The notes beneath the pieces were generated by a model. It worked only from the letters and a program-made list of their open reading frames with translations, ran no database searches and was not told the DNA's origin. From positions 13,562 through 77,561 of the forward strand of contig CAISLM010000014.1 in the NCBI GenBank assembly GCA_903886255.1: a DNA stretch of 64,000 nt, read 5' to 3'. Source of the stretch: Candidatus Collierbacteria bacterium (GTDB lineage: Bacteria > Patescibacteriota > Microgenomatia > UBA1400 > MFAQ01). Every line of letters starts with the position of its first letter. Position 1 is the first letter of the stretch. Positions 37,852 through 47,170 of this stretch are shown here, piece by piece. A program made the position numbers and the translations under genes.

Positions 37852-40260
37852 ATGAAATGGCGTGGCTTATCTGATCAGGAAGCGAAAGAGGGTAAAAAAA
37901 AATATGGCGACAATTCTCTCCCTGAAAGAGAACCATTGATTTGGACTAGGATTCTCATAAATCAATTCAAAAGTCCTCTGATTTATATACTTTTGGCTGT
38001 TATCACGATTTCCCTTATCCTTAAAGAAATAAACGACGCCATTTTGGTATCTGCTGTTGTCATTTTAAATGTGATCATGGGATTCGTTCAGGAATTCGGT
38101 GCCCAAAAAACATTAAAAAGTCTAAAAAATATTGTTCACGACACAGTGACAATAATTAGAAATGACCAAAGAGCGATATTGGAAACGATCGATCTCGTTC
38201 CTGAAGATATTGTCCTCCTGGGATCAGGAGATAAGGTTCCCGCAGACTGTGAAGTTGTTGAAGGATCGGTTTTGGTGAGCGAAGCAATTCTCACAGGCGA
38301 AGAAGAACCTGTTAGTAAAAACGAGGCCGGTTCAAAAGAATTATTTATGGGAACAATTATTCTGTCTGGAAGATGTACTGCTATCGTGAAAAAGATTGGC
38401 ACAAAAACAGAAATTGGCCAGATCGGTCAAAGCCTTTCCGAAATTAAAGAAAGAGAAACTCCACTCCAAAGAAGATTAGAAAAATTCTCAGGAAGTCTGG
38501 CTATTCTCGTTGTGTTTATTGGATTGATTATTTTTATAATCGGCATTTTATCTCATCACAACATTATCGAAATGCTCACTTTTTCCATTATTCTCTCAAT
38601 CGCAGTTATTCCTGAGGGTTTGCCTATCGCCGTCACGGTTATTTTATCGATTGGTATGAAACGGGTTCTACGGCAAAAAGGATTAGTAAAAAAATTAATT
38701 TCAATTGAAACGCTCGGATCCACATCAGTCATCTGCACCGACAAAACCGGAACACTTACAGAGGGCGTGATGAAGGTAGTTCGTGTGGAAACCGACGATC
38801 AAAAAAAACTTCTTTACGGCCTAAACATATTAAATTCACAACGGACCAGCCTTGAAATCGCTATTTGGAAATATCTTAAGGAAAATATAAACGTTGACCC
38901 GCAGGTTGTTTTAGATAAGGCCAAAATTTTATACGAAGAAACCTTTGAAAGTGAGAAGAAATTTGCCTTGTGTATAGTACAAACGGACAACACAAAAGAA
39001 TCGTTCATTTTAGGAGCTCCGGAAATAATCATAAATTTTTGCAAAATTACCCCGGCGGAAAAACAAAAAATTACCGACAAATTTCAAAAATGGACAAAGG
39101 AAGGCAATCGTGTTGTCGGACTAATTCACAAAAATAGTGTGGATAAAGAAAAATCAGGTTATTCCTGGTTAGGTCTTCTCGGAATTGAAGATCCGATAAG
39201 ACCGGGTGTAAAAGAAGCAATTGAAAAGGCATTTAATGCAGGGATAAAAGTAAAAATTGTTACGGGAGATTACAAAAACACAGCAGTAAAGGTGGCAGAA
39301 AGTATTGGTATTCAAGTTTCTGATGATTCTGTAATGGATGGGGAACAGCTTGACAAAATTTCTAGCGAAAATCTCAGAGAGTTAATTGACAAAATTAATC
39401 TTTTTTGTCGAGTTTCGCCGCACCAAAAACTAAAAATAATTACAGCTTTACAGGCCAATGGTGAGGTAGTTGCCATGACCGGAGATGGCGTAAACGATGC
39501 ACAAGCCATAAAGAAAGCAGATATTGGTGTCGTCGTTGGCACAGCGACGGATGTTGCCAAAGATTCTGCAGATCTGATTCTCTTAGACAATAACTTCAAA
39601 ACTATTGTTGCTGCCTGTGAAGAAGGAAGAATCATTTACCAAAACATTGTCAAGGTTGTTGGCTATGTTCTTTCAAATTCTCTGGTAGAAATTGTCCTCA
39701 TTGTCGGCGCCCTGATTATGGATATACCATTTCCCCTTACTGTTGTTCAGATTCTCTGGCTCCACTTGATTTGCGATGGACCTCCGGACATTGCTTTGGG
39801 GTTCGAGCCCGGTGATCCTGAGATTATGAAAGATAAACCCAACAAAAATAATGGCAACATCTTGGGCTGGCCGATGGTTTTTCTCATTTTTGCCATAAGC
39901 CTTACTGCCGGTATTGCTTCTTTGGTTCTTTTCAACAAAGAATTATTTGGAGGCAATATTGATCACGCACGGACAATGGTATTTGCCATTGTAGGCTCAA
40001 TTGATCTCATCTATATTTTTGCCTACAAAGATCTTTCTAAGACAATTCTGAAGCTCAGACGTCTGCTCGACAATAAATATCTGATTCTCAGTGTCGTTTA
40101 TGGATTTGCTCTTCTGCTATTTGGAATCTACAGTCCATTAGGCAATCGGGTTTTAAACACTACGCCACTTGAGCTGACTGCATGGCTAATAATCATTGGT
40201 GTAGCTTTGATAACAACACTTTGGGTAGAAGTTGTTAAAAGATTCAAGAAGTTTACATAA
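37852..40260 (+). CDS. Type II cation-transporting P-type ATPase
   Basis: TGE, IPEGLP, DKTGTLT, TGD, GDGVND. Confidence 0.93.
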   Translation: MKWRGLSDQEAKEGKKKYGDNSLPEREPLIWTRILINQFKSPLIYILLAVITISLILKEINDAILVSAVVILNVIMGFVQEFGAQKTLKSLKNIVHDTVTIIRNDQRAILETIDLVPEDIVLLGSGDKVPADCEVVEGSVLVSEAILTGEEEPVSKNEAGSKELFMGTIILSGRCTAIVKKIGTKTEIGQIGQSLSEIKERETPLQRRLEKFSGSLAILVVFIGLIIFIIGILSHHNIIEMLTFSIILSIAVIPEGLPIAVTVILSIGMKRVLRQKGLVKKLISIETLGSTSVICTDKTGTLTEGVMKVVRVETDDQKKLLYGLNILNSQRTSLEIAIWKYLKENINVDPQVVLDKAKILYEETFESEKKFALCIVQTDNTKESFILGAPEIIINFCKITPAEKQKITDKFQKWTKEGNRVVGLIHKNSVDKEKSGYSWLGLLGIEDPIRPGVKEAIEKAFNAGIKVKIVTGDYKNTAVKVAESIGIQVSDDSVMDGEQLDKISSENLRELIDKINLFCRVSPHQKLKIITALQANGEVVAMTGDGVNDAQAIKKADIGVVVGTATDVAKDSADLILLDNNFKTIVAACEEGRIIYQNIVKVVGYVLSNSLVEIVLIVGALIMDIPFPLTVVQILWLHLICDGPPDIALGFEPGDPEIMKDKPNKNNGNILGWPMVFLIFAISLTAGIASLVLFNKELFGGNIDHARTMVFAIVGSIDLIYIFAYKDLSKTILKLRRLLDNKYLILSVVYGFALLLFGIYSPLGNRVLNTTPLELTAWLIIIGVALITTLWVEVVKRFKKFT

Positions 40261-40380
40261 AAGTATGTTACAATATCCCATATTGTTCTTAGGCCGAGTA
40301 ATTAGCTCGTCTTGCTTGACGCTCTCACGATTGTCCAGCCAGTATATTCCATAGGACAATCGGGGAAATCCCCATAAAAT

Positions 40381-41598
40381 ATGTTTAATCGTCGCCCTTC
40401 TGGCGGCCATGGCGCAAGCCAGGGCTTCAATCGTGGTGGTGCCAGCCACTCATTTAATAGAAATTCTTTTGGAAACAAGAGAGCTAGGTTTATGCCTAAA
40501 GCCCTCGATCCACGTATGTTTGTTCGCCCTGCTATGCCGGAAACACAAGAGGATGTAACCACACAGCATACTTTTGAAGACTTTAACATCTCCAAGCAAA
40601 TGCTGTTAAATGTCCAATCAAAAGGTTACAAGACTCCTACACCAATTCAAGACCAGGCTCTTGAAGCTGCTTTAGCAGGTAGAGACGTATTAGGTCTAGC
40701 CGATACGGGAACAGGAAAAACAGCCGTATTCGCTTTGTCTGTAATCAAAAACATTTTGGAGAATCCCAACGATACGGCTTTGGTAGTTGCACCCACAAGA
40801 GAATTGGCTGTTCAAATTAGAGATGAAATTAGGTCTCTTTCAACAGGACTTCAAGTCTATTCAAGCTTGTTTATCGGCGGTTCTGATATCCGCAGGCAGC
40901 TTGACGAGCTTAGACGCCGTCCAAATGTATTTATTGGCACTCCTGGCCGTCTACGTGACCTCTACAACCGCCGTGCTCTCCGTCTGGACAATACGAGGAC
41001 AGTCGTGCTCGATGAAGTCGACAGAATGCTTGATATGGGATTTGTTCACGAAATTACCGAGCTTCTTTCATTCCTACCTCAAGATCACCAAACCCTTCTA
41101 TTTTCAGCCACGATTGATCAAAAAGTTGAAGGAATTGCTTTGAAATTCATGAATAACCCAGAAAAAATTTCTGTTAAAACCAATGCCGGTTCATTAAATG
41201 TGGAGCAAAATATTATCAGAGCTTCAGGTAAACAAGGCAAAATCGCGGTCTTGAATGATTTACTTTCTAAGGATACTTTCAGAAAAGTGCTTATTTTTGG
41301 TCGAACAAAATATGGTGTTGAAGAAATCGCTGTCAGCCTGCAAAAATCAGGTTTTAGCGCCGACTCTATCCATGGAGACAAACGCCAAAATCAGCGTGAG
41401 ACAGTTTTGAGAAAATTCAAGGATAATCAGCTTCGAATTCTGTGTGCCACAGATGTTGCCGCTCGTGGAATCGACGTCAAAGATATTACCCATGTCATTA
41501 ACTTCGACCAGCCAGCAACCTATGACGACTATATTCATAGAATCGGCCGTACAGGCAGAGCGGGAAAATCCGGAATTGCTCTAACCTTCGTTGATTAA
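40381..41598 (+). CDS. DEAD-box RNA helicase
   Basis: Q motif, TGTGKT, PTRELA, DEVD, SAT, HRIGRTGR. Confidence 0.95.
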   Translation: MFNRRPSGGHGASQGFNRGGASHSFNRNSFGNKRARFMPKALDPRMFVRPAMPETQEDVTTQHTFEDFNISKQMLLNVQSKGYKTPTPIQDQALEAALAGRDVLGLADTGTGKTAVFALSVIKNILENPNDTALVVAPTRELAVQIRDEIRSLSTGLQVYSSLFIGGSDIRRQLDELRRRPNVFIGTPGRLRDLYNRRALRLDNTRTVVLDEVDRMLDMGFVHEITELLSFLPQDHQTLLFSATIDQKVEGIALKFMNNPEKISVKTNAGSLNVEQNIIRASGKQGKIAVLNDLLSKDTFRKVLIFGRTKYGVEEIAVSLQKSGFSADSIHGDKRQNQRETVLRKFKDNQLRILCATDVAARGIDVKDITHVINFDQPATYDDYIHRIGRTGRAGKSGIALTFVD

Positions 41599-41604
41599 AA
41601 ATTT

Positions 41605-41629
41605 GCCCTCCTTGCGGAGGGCTTTTTTT
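41605..41629 (+). terminator. Intrinsic terminator
   Basis: GCCCTCC-ttgc-GGAGGGC-T7. Confidence 0.8.
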
Positions 41630-41635
41630 ATACCA

Positions 41636-41833
41636 TTACTGGTTAATATTGAAGCGAGTAATATCTGCAACAGTCAATTCTTCCCCAGCCTCAAGTTTTT
41701 GCAGTCCCTTTACGAGCCAGGGTGCCGGCTGTGGGTCAAGGGTGCATATGCGTACACCCTTTTCATAATAATCCAGTACCAGTTGCAATAATTCTTCATC
41801 CGAACTTTGTTCACTACCAACATGACGAATCAC
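41636..41833 (-). CDS. 65-aa hypothetical protein
   Basis: GTG start at 41833 with AAGGAG 6 nt upstream and a TTGCTG-17-TATAAT promoter. Confidence 0.5.
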   Translation of the reverse strand: MIRHVGSEQSSDEELLQLVLDYYEKGVRICTLDPQPAPWLVKGLQKLEAGEELTVADITRFNINQ

Positions 41834-41874
41834 TATTGACTCCTTTAAAGCTAAGATAGCCGTGATTATAGTGC

Positions 41875-41903
41875 TTGAAAAGTAAAACAGCAAGCTGTAC
41901 AAT
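41875..41903 (+). promoter_or_regulatory. Sigma70-type promoter of pncB
   Basis: TTGAAA-17-TACAAT, overlapping the divergent promoter. Confidence 0.55.
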
Positions 41904-41964
41904 ATAGGCTACTAATCAACACATTCGTGCTGATGAAGCACTCTTAAATTCACAGGAGGATCAA

Positions 41965-43227
41965 ATGTCTAGAACAACCAGCAGAAAAATTAACAGAAGT
42001 TCAGGTACCGACATAGTTCGTGACGTTCTGGAAACAGATGTCTACGACTGTTCACAGATCAATGCAGTTATACAACTTTACCCTGATGCTTGGGCTTGGT
42101 ATGTAGCGCACGATCGCGATCACGCGATTTACCCAAAAGGCTTCGCGGGACTCATTACTGAAAAATTTCAAGATCTTCGTAGTTTGCACTCTGACACGGA
42201 ACTCCGAAAATTTCTTCGAGAAAAATGGGGATTCCTTGCTCAAGAGTTTTTTGACTGGCTGGAGAAATATCGGTTTATTCCTGAGTACATCAAAACATGG
42301 CAGGACGAAGAAGGACATTTGTTCGCAAAAATCCTCGGACCTTGGGCCGATATAATTTTTGATGAACAGATCTTTATGGCAGTCGTCTCTCAAACCAGGA
42401 ATGAAGAACTCGGGTTCTATCCTGACGAAAACTGGATCGATGTACTGCTCCAAAATATCTACAACATGAGAGCTTCGAATCTCCACACATCCGAATTCGG
42501 GATGCGTCGACGCGCCTTTAATTGGATGCAGGATATCGTTACCGATAAGCTTATTCAATATGGTGGAGACATGTATGTTGGTAGTAGCTCACCATATCAC
42601 GCCAAAATGTCCGGCCTGTCTCCGAAAGGCACAGTCGCTCACCTCTGGTACCTCTTCCACGGTGCCAAATATGGGGTAGAAAATGCAAACTTGGCTGCAT
42701 CCGTCGCCTGGAGAGCCATTTATGGACCAAACGTTGGTACAGCATTACCCGATACGTGGGGATTGAAGTTCTTTTTGGCGACGCTTACACCGGGAATGGG
42801 AAGACTGATAAAAAGTTATCGTCATGATAGTGGAGACCCTGTTGAGTTCGTTGATAATATTCGTCGATTTTACGCACACCCCAAGAACAAGATCGATGAT
42901 CTTTCCGAGATCACTCTTATGTTCTCTGATTCCTTATCAATTGATGCCGCCAAAAAAATCGATAAATACGCATCACAATGGTTCAAAACAGCGTATGGCA
43001 TCGGCGGATTTTTCACCAACAATAAGGACTATTTCAGGAACACACCAGCATACAGCCCTCTGAATATGGTTGTAAAACCATGGGGATTCAGTTTTGATCA
43101 TGGAGAAACCTGGATTCTTGTTGCTAAAGTTCCGGACGGAAATGGTAAAAATGTCGGCGACCCTGACGTCATCGCCAAGATCATCGAGATAAAAAAGAAA
43201 TATCCATTTCTCTACAACACTTTCTAG
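41965..43227 (+). CDS. pncB: Nicotinate phosphoribosyltransferase (divergent)
   Basis: ETDVY, EFGMRR, GTVAH, PDT, RHDSGDP, FSDSL, YGIG; AGGAGG SD. Confidence 0.8.
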   Translation: MSRTTSRKINRSSGTDIVRDVLETDVYDCSQINAVIQLYPDAWAWYVAHDRDHAIYPKGFAGLITEKFQDLRSLHSDTELRKFLREKWGFLAQEFFDWLEKYRFIPEYIKTWQDEEGHLFAKILGPWADIIFDEQIFMAVVSQTRNEELGFYPDENWIDVLLQNIYNMRASNLHTSEFGMRRRAFNWMQDIVTDKLIQYGGDMYVGSSSPYHAKMSGLSPKGTVAHLWYLFHGAKYGVENANLAASVAWRAIYGPNVGTALPDTWGLKFFLATLTPGMGRLIKSYRHDSGDPVEFVDNIRRFYAHPKNKIDDLSEITLMFSDSLSIDAAKKIDKYASQWFKTAYGIGGFFTNNKDYFRNTPAYSPLNMVVKPWGFSFDHGETWILVAKVPDGNGKNVGDPDVIAKIIEIKKKYPFLYNTF

Positions 43228-43234
43228 CTTAACA

Positions 43235-43262
43235 GGAGGCACATTCGTGCCTCCATTTTTTA
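43235..43262 (+). terminator. Intrinsic terminator
   Basis: GGAGGCAC-attc-GTGCCTCC followed by a T tract. Confidence 0.8.
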
Positions 43263-44693
43263 TTTCAAAAAATCCAAATTCACACATAGCTCATCTTTCC
43301 AAATCATCTCCGGATATTTCTTTAACATTTCCCGCACATAGGTTCGTCTTTCCTCAAAAACTTCATTACTTTTTGCCTCAAATTTAATTGTTATGTATGG
43401 ACCATTCTGTGAATACCGAAAAACCATCATGCCATCATCAAAGTCAGCCCTTACGCCATCGTCACCGGGAATTACATTATCGTCCGTAATCTGAGCATTA
43501 GGGAAATCTGCTCTAAATTTTATAGCCAAATCATTAATTACACCAACCTTCTTGTTATCAGGACAACCGATTTTGATTTCCGGTGATGAAATATATTTAG
43601 GAAAGCTTTCATAAACAGTACTAAGCGAAACATTTTTATCCGACAGATATTCCAAAATTCTTAGTGCAGCCAAAGTTCCATCATCAAAACCATACGCATC
43701 GTCGGCAAAAAAGAAGTGTCCGGACAATTCACCACCCAAGGCCGCACCCTCCGCCGACATTTTTTCCTTAATAAATGTATGTCCTGTTCTCCAAATAATC
43801 GGTATGCCTTTATGTTTTTCTACAATCTCACTTACTACCCGAGAACAAAGAGTATTAAAAATAATTTTAGAACCAGGTTTTTTTTCGAGAAGCTCATCTG
43901 CAAAAATTGCCAGTACAAAATCATTCCATAAAACATTTCCTTTTTCGTCAACAATTCCCATCCGGTCACCATCACCATCAAAAGCGAAACCTATATCTGC
44001 GATATTTGAGACGACTTTATTTGCTAGGATATTCATTAATTTCGCGTCAGTTGGATCTGGGGTTCCCATCGGAAACGAACCATCAACTTTCGTATTCATC
44101 CCAATTACCTCACAACCGGCTCTTTGTAGAATTTCAGGATTAAAATTCCCCGTCGTACCACAGTGTGTATCAACAACTACTCTAAACTTTTTCTGAATTT
44201 TTACGCGTTTCAGTACATCCTGTATATAATCTTCTTTTACATCCATCTTTGTTAAAACGCCGGGGTTGTTAGAAACAAAATATTTTTCGGTTTGGGTTAA
44301 GTCTTTAATTTCGCGAAGTTCCTCCGGTCCGGTAGTTTGCGAGTAGCCGGTTGCCAGTTTAAAGCCATTGTAATTTTTTGGGTTATGAGATGCAGTTATC
44401 ATTGCCCCGCCGGCGGTTTGGAATTTGTATTGACCAAAATACATCATTTGTGTCATAACCATTCCCAAATCTATTACACATACCCCAGCGCTTAGCACAC
44501 CATTTGTAAAAGCAATTTGATAGGACTCACTGCTCAATCTACAATCCCTTCCGCAAACAATCTTTTCAATATTTCTATAATGTAAAAAGGTGCCGTATGC
44601 CTTTCCAATAGCCTCTACGTTTTCCGGATTTAAATCGGTTCCGGCTATTCCACGTATATCATAATTACGAAATATTTCAGGATTAATTTTCAT
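43260..44693 (-). CDS. Phosphomannomutase/phosphoglucomutase
   Basis: FRNYDIRG, TASHNP, FDGDGDR, GELSGH. Confidence 0.93.
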   Translation of the reverse strand: MKINPEIFRNYDIRGIAGTDLNPENVEAIGKAYGTFLHYRNIEKIVCGRDCRLSSESYQIAFTNGVLSAGVCVIDLGMVMTQMMYFGQYKFQTAGGAMITASHNPKNYNGFKLATGYSQTTGPEELREIKDLTQTEKYFVSNNPGVLTKMDVKEDYIQDVLKRVKIQKKFRVVVDTHCGTTGNFNPEILQRAGCEVIGMNTKVDGSFPMGTPDPTDAKLMNILANKVVSNIADIGFAFDGDGDRMGIVDEKGNVLWNDFVLAIFADELLEKKPGSKIIFNTLCSRVVSEIVEKHKGIPIIWRTGHTFIKEKMSAEGAALGGELSGHFFFADDAYGFDDGTLAALRILEYLSDKNVSLSTVYESFPKYISSPEIKIGCPDNKKVGVINDLAIKFRADFPNAQITDDNVIPGDDGVRADFDDGMMVFRYSQNGPYITIKFEAKSNEVFEERRTYVREMLKKYPEMIWKDELCVNLDFLK

Positions 44694-44758
44694 ATTCAAC
44701 CTAAGGTTAACAGAATCACATTCTTGATGTCAAACAATAATACGTATATATTGACCTA

Positions 44759-46075
44759 ATGGGCAGAGAAATCGTTATAGGTTTGCATTTTTATCAACCG
44801 CCTCGTGAAGCCGTTCACCCCTTATTATCCAAAATATCTACCGATCCAGAAGGAAAGAATTGGACCGAGATTATAGATCATCAATGTTACGAGCCGCTTG
44901 CGGCGGAAGGAGTACTGGAAAAGGTGACTTTTGATATATATCAGTCTCTATTGATCCAGTTGGAAAAAATTAGTCCGGAAACAGCTGCAATCTACAAAAA
45001 ATCTATGATGGAAAATGGTGTCGGAGAATCCTTTATTCACCCCATTCTTCCCGATCTTTCCAAAGTTGATAAAGAAATTATTATTTCCGCAGGTGTAAAC
45101 AGATTCAAAGAAATCACAGGACAAAATCCAAAAATATTTTGGCCTCCTGAAACTGCCATCGACACCGAAACTTTAGAAGTGCTTTCGGAAAACGGCTACG
45201 AAGGATTTGTCTGCGCTCCCGAACAAATAATACAGCAAGATGGAGGCAACTCAGACAATCGTCCTACAATGATCGGGTTGCCAAATGGCAAAAGAATTGT
45301 TGCCTATCCTTTTGATCGTACAATTAGCAGCTTGCTTGCATTCGATCCTAAACAAAATGCCGACGTTTTCACCCAAAACTATCTCAGACCCAAAAGAGAT
45401 TCCATTGCTTCGAATCAAGTTATCATTGCCTGGACAGACGCCGAAACATTTGGTCACCATTACAAAAATGGTGATAAATTTTTAGATTACTTTCTTGACT
45501 CATCACTTCCAAGCATTGGCTTATATCCAACATCAATAAACAAGTTAAATTTTACCGATAAAACATTTTCCTGTGGAAAAATAAGAGAAAGATCGGCCTG
45601 GAGCTGTCCACATGGTAATCTTATTCGATGGTCAGGATCATGCGATTGTGGCTGGGGAGAAGATACTTCTTGGAAACAACCATTTTCACAATCAATGGAT
45701 TTCTTGAATGCTGAAGTCTCAAAAATTATTCAGAAAGAACTTGGACAGAGGTATTGGGAGTTTACGGCAAATAAGTTTTATGAAAATTACGCTCATCCCG
45801 AGACTGTAAATAATCCACAAAAGGCTCTTATTTCCGCCAAAATTTCCTCACTTATAGCCAAAACCAGTTGTGCTACATTTTTTAGCTCTCCCGAAGTCTC
45901 TGGAAAAATAAATCTACTCTATGCATACCAGTCACTACTATATTTAAAAGATGCCGGTTTGGAAACTGTATCAAACGATCTTGGGAAAAATTTTTTCGAA
46001 AAATTGTCCAAAATTATCTATCCCAATAGCGAGGAAACAGCACTTACCACACTGCAAGACATGCTTGAGGCTTAG
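44759..46075 (+). CDS. GH57-like (DUF3536-type) glycoside hydrolase
   Basis: HFYQPPRE, HPILP, WPPETA, TDAETFGHH, AWSCPHG..RW. Confidence 0.75.
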   Translation: MGREIVIGLHFYQPPREAVHPLLSKISTDPEGKNWTEIIDHQCYEPLAAEGVLEKVTFDIYQSLLIQLEKISPETAAIYKKSMMENGVGESFIHPILPDLSKVDKEIIISAGVNRFKEITGQNPKIFWPPETAIDTETLEVLSENGYEGFVCAPEQIIQQDGGNSDNRPTMIGLPNGKRIVAYPFDRTISSLLAFDPKQNADVFTQNYLRPKRDSIASNQVIIAWTDAETFGHHYKNGDKFLDYFLDSSLPSIGLYPTSINKLNFTDKTFSCGKIRERSAWSCPHGNLIRWSGSCDCGWGEDTSWKQPFSQSMDFLNAEVSKIIQKELGQRYWEFTANKFYENYAHPETVNNPQKALISAKISSLIAKTSCATFFSSPEVSGKINLLYAYQSLLYLKDAGLETVSNDLGKNFFEKLSKIIYPNSEETALTTLQDMLEA

Positions 46076-46099
46076 GATGTTGGTATACTAAATTAGCCA

Positions 46100-47170
46100 A
46101 TGAAAACTTTTCTCGATGATCCGAAAACATACAGTCAACTTGACACACGTGGGGTCTATGACTCAATTATGTCCTTTGGCCAACAGTTTGAATCTTCTTG
46201 GCACGATACTCAGTTCATTAGTCTAAACTTTGAGCCGGACAAAATTAAAAATGTTGTATTTGTCGGAATGGGTGGGTCAAATCTTCCCGCTTTCGTAATT
46301 CAATCATTATCTCCGCTACTCCTAAAAATACCATTTGAAATTGTTGCAAACTATCGGCTCCCGCAATACACGTCCAAAGAAACTTTAGTAATTCTCTCCA
46401 GTTATTCGGGGAAAACAGAAGAGATACTTTCTTGTGCCCAGGATGCTATCAAGCGTCAATGTAAGACTGTGGTTATTACAACCGACGGAAAATTAAAGGA
46501 CCTGGCGATTAGTGAACACTGGCCTCTCGTTTTATTGGATGCAAAATTAAATCGTTCACATGATCCGCGTTTTGGAATTGGTTTGTCGCTCGGTGCTGCA
46601 ATGGGGCTAATCGTTCGTTTAAATCCGGACGCTTTTCGTTTTGTTGATCCAAAGGAGATCGAAAGAGTTCTTGAAAGATCACTCGAGCTGCTTAGATCAG
46701 ATAAACCGACCTCGGATAATCCAGCCAAAACTTTTGCTCTAAAAAATAAAGGTCAAGCAATTATAATTTTTTCTGCCAATCATCTTTCCGGTGTCGGTAA
46801 TATATTCGTTAACTATTTAAACGAGACCGCCAAAACTTTTGCGACTCATTTTGTTATCCCTGATCTAAATCACCATCTTTTGGATGGACTTTCTTTCCCC
46901 ACAACATTAAAAGATCATACCCGGTTTATTTTGTTAAATTCTTCTCTGTATCCGGAAATAATTCAGAAAAGATTTCAAATCACGAAGGATATTTTGATTA
47001 AGCAAAACTACCAATTGACAGTTATCAAGCCTGAATCCTCTGACATTGTCTCACAGGTATTTGAGTCATTAGCATTTTTAATCATGATTAGCTATTATTT
47101 GAGTATAATAAATAAGCAAGACCCTGGAACAAACCCTTGGGTGGAATATTTTAAAAAACAACTAATATAA
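46100..47170 (+). CDS. Bifunctional phosphoglucose/phosphomannose isomerase (SIS domain)
   Basis: GMGGS, SSYSGKTEE, NETAK, PDLNHH. Confidence 0.85.
   Translation: MKTFLDDPKTYSQLDTRGVYDSIMSFGQQFESSWHDTQFISLNFEPDKIKNVVFVGMGGSNLPAFVIQSLSPLLLKIPFEIVANYRLPQYTSKETLVILSSYSGKTEEILSCAQDAIKRQCKTVVITTDGKLKDLAISEHWPLVLLDAKLNRSHDPRFGIGLSLGAAMGLIVRLNPDAFRFVDPKEIERVLERSLELLRSDKPTSDNPAKTFALKNKGQAIIIFSANHLSGVGNIFVNYLNETAKTFATHFVIPDLNHHLLDGLSFPTTLKDHTRFILLNSSLYPEIIQKRFQITKDILIKQNYQLTVIKPESSDIVSQVFESLAFLIMISYYLSIINKQDPGTNPWVEYFKKQLI

Noticed and set aside
41904-41964. NAD-type riboswitch upstream of pncB
   Set aside because: Only a 5-bp hairpin (GTGCT/AGCAC) is visible; I could not build the required stems or pseudoknot. 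An Rfam scan would settle it.
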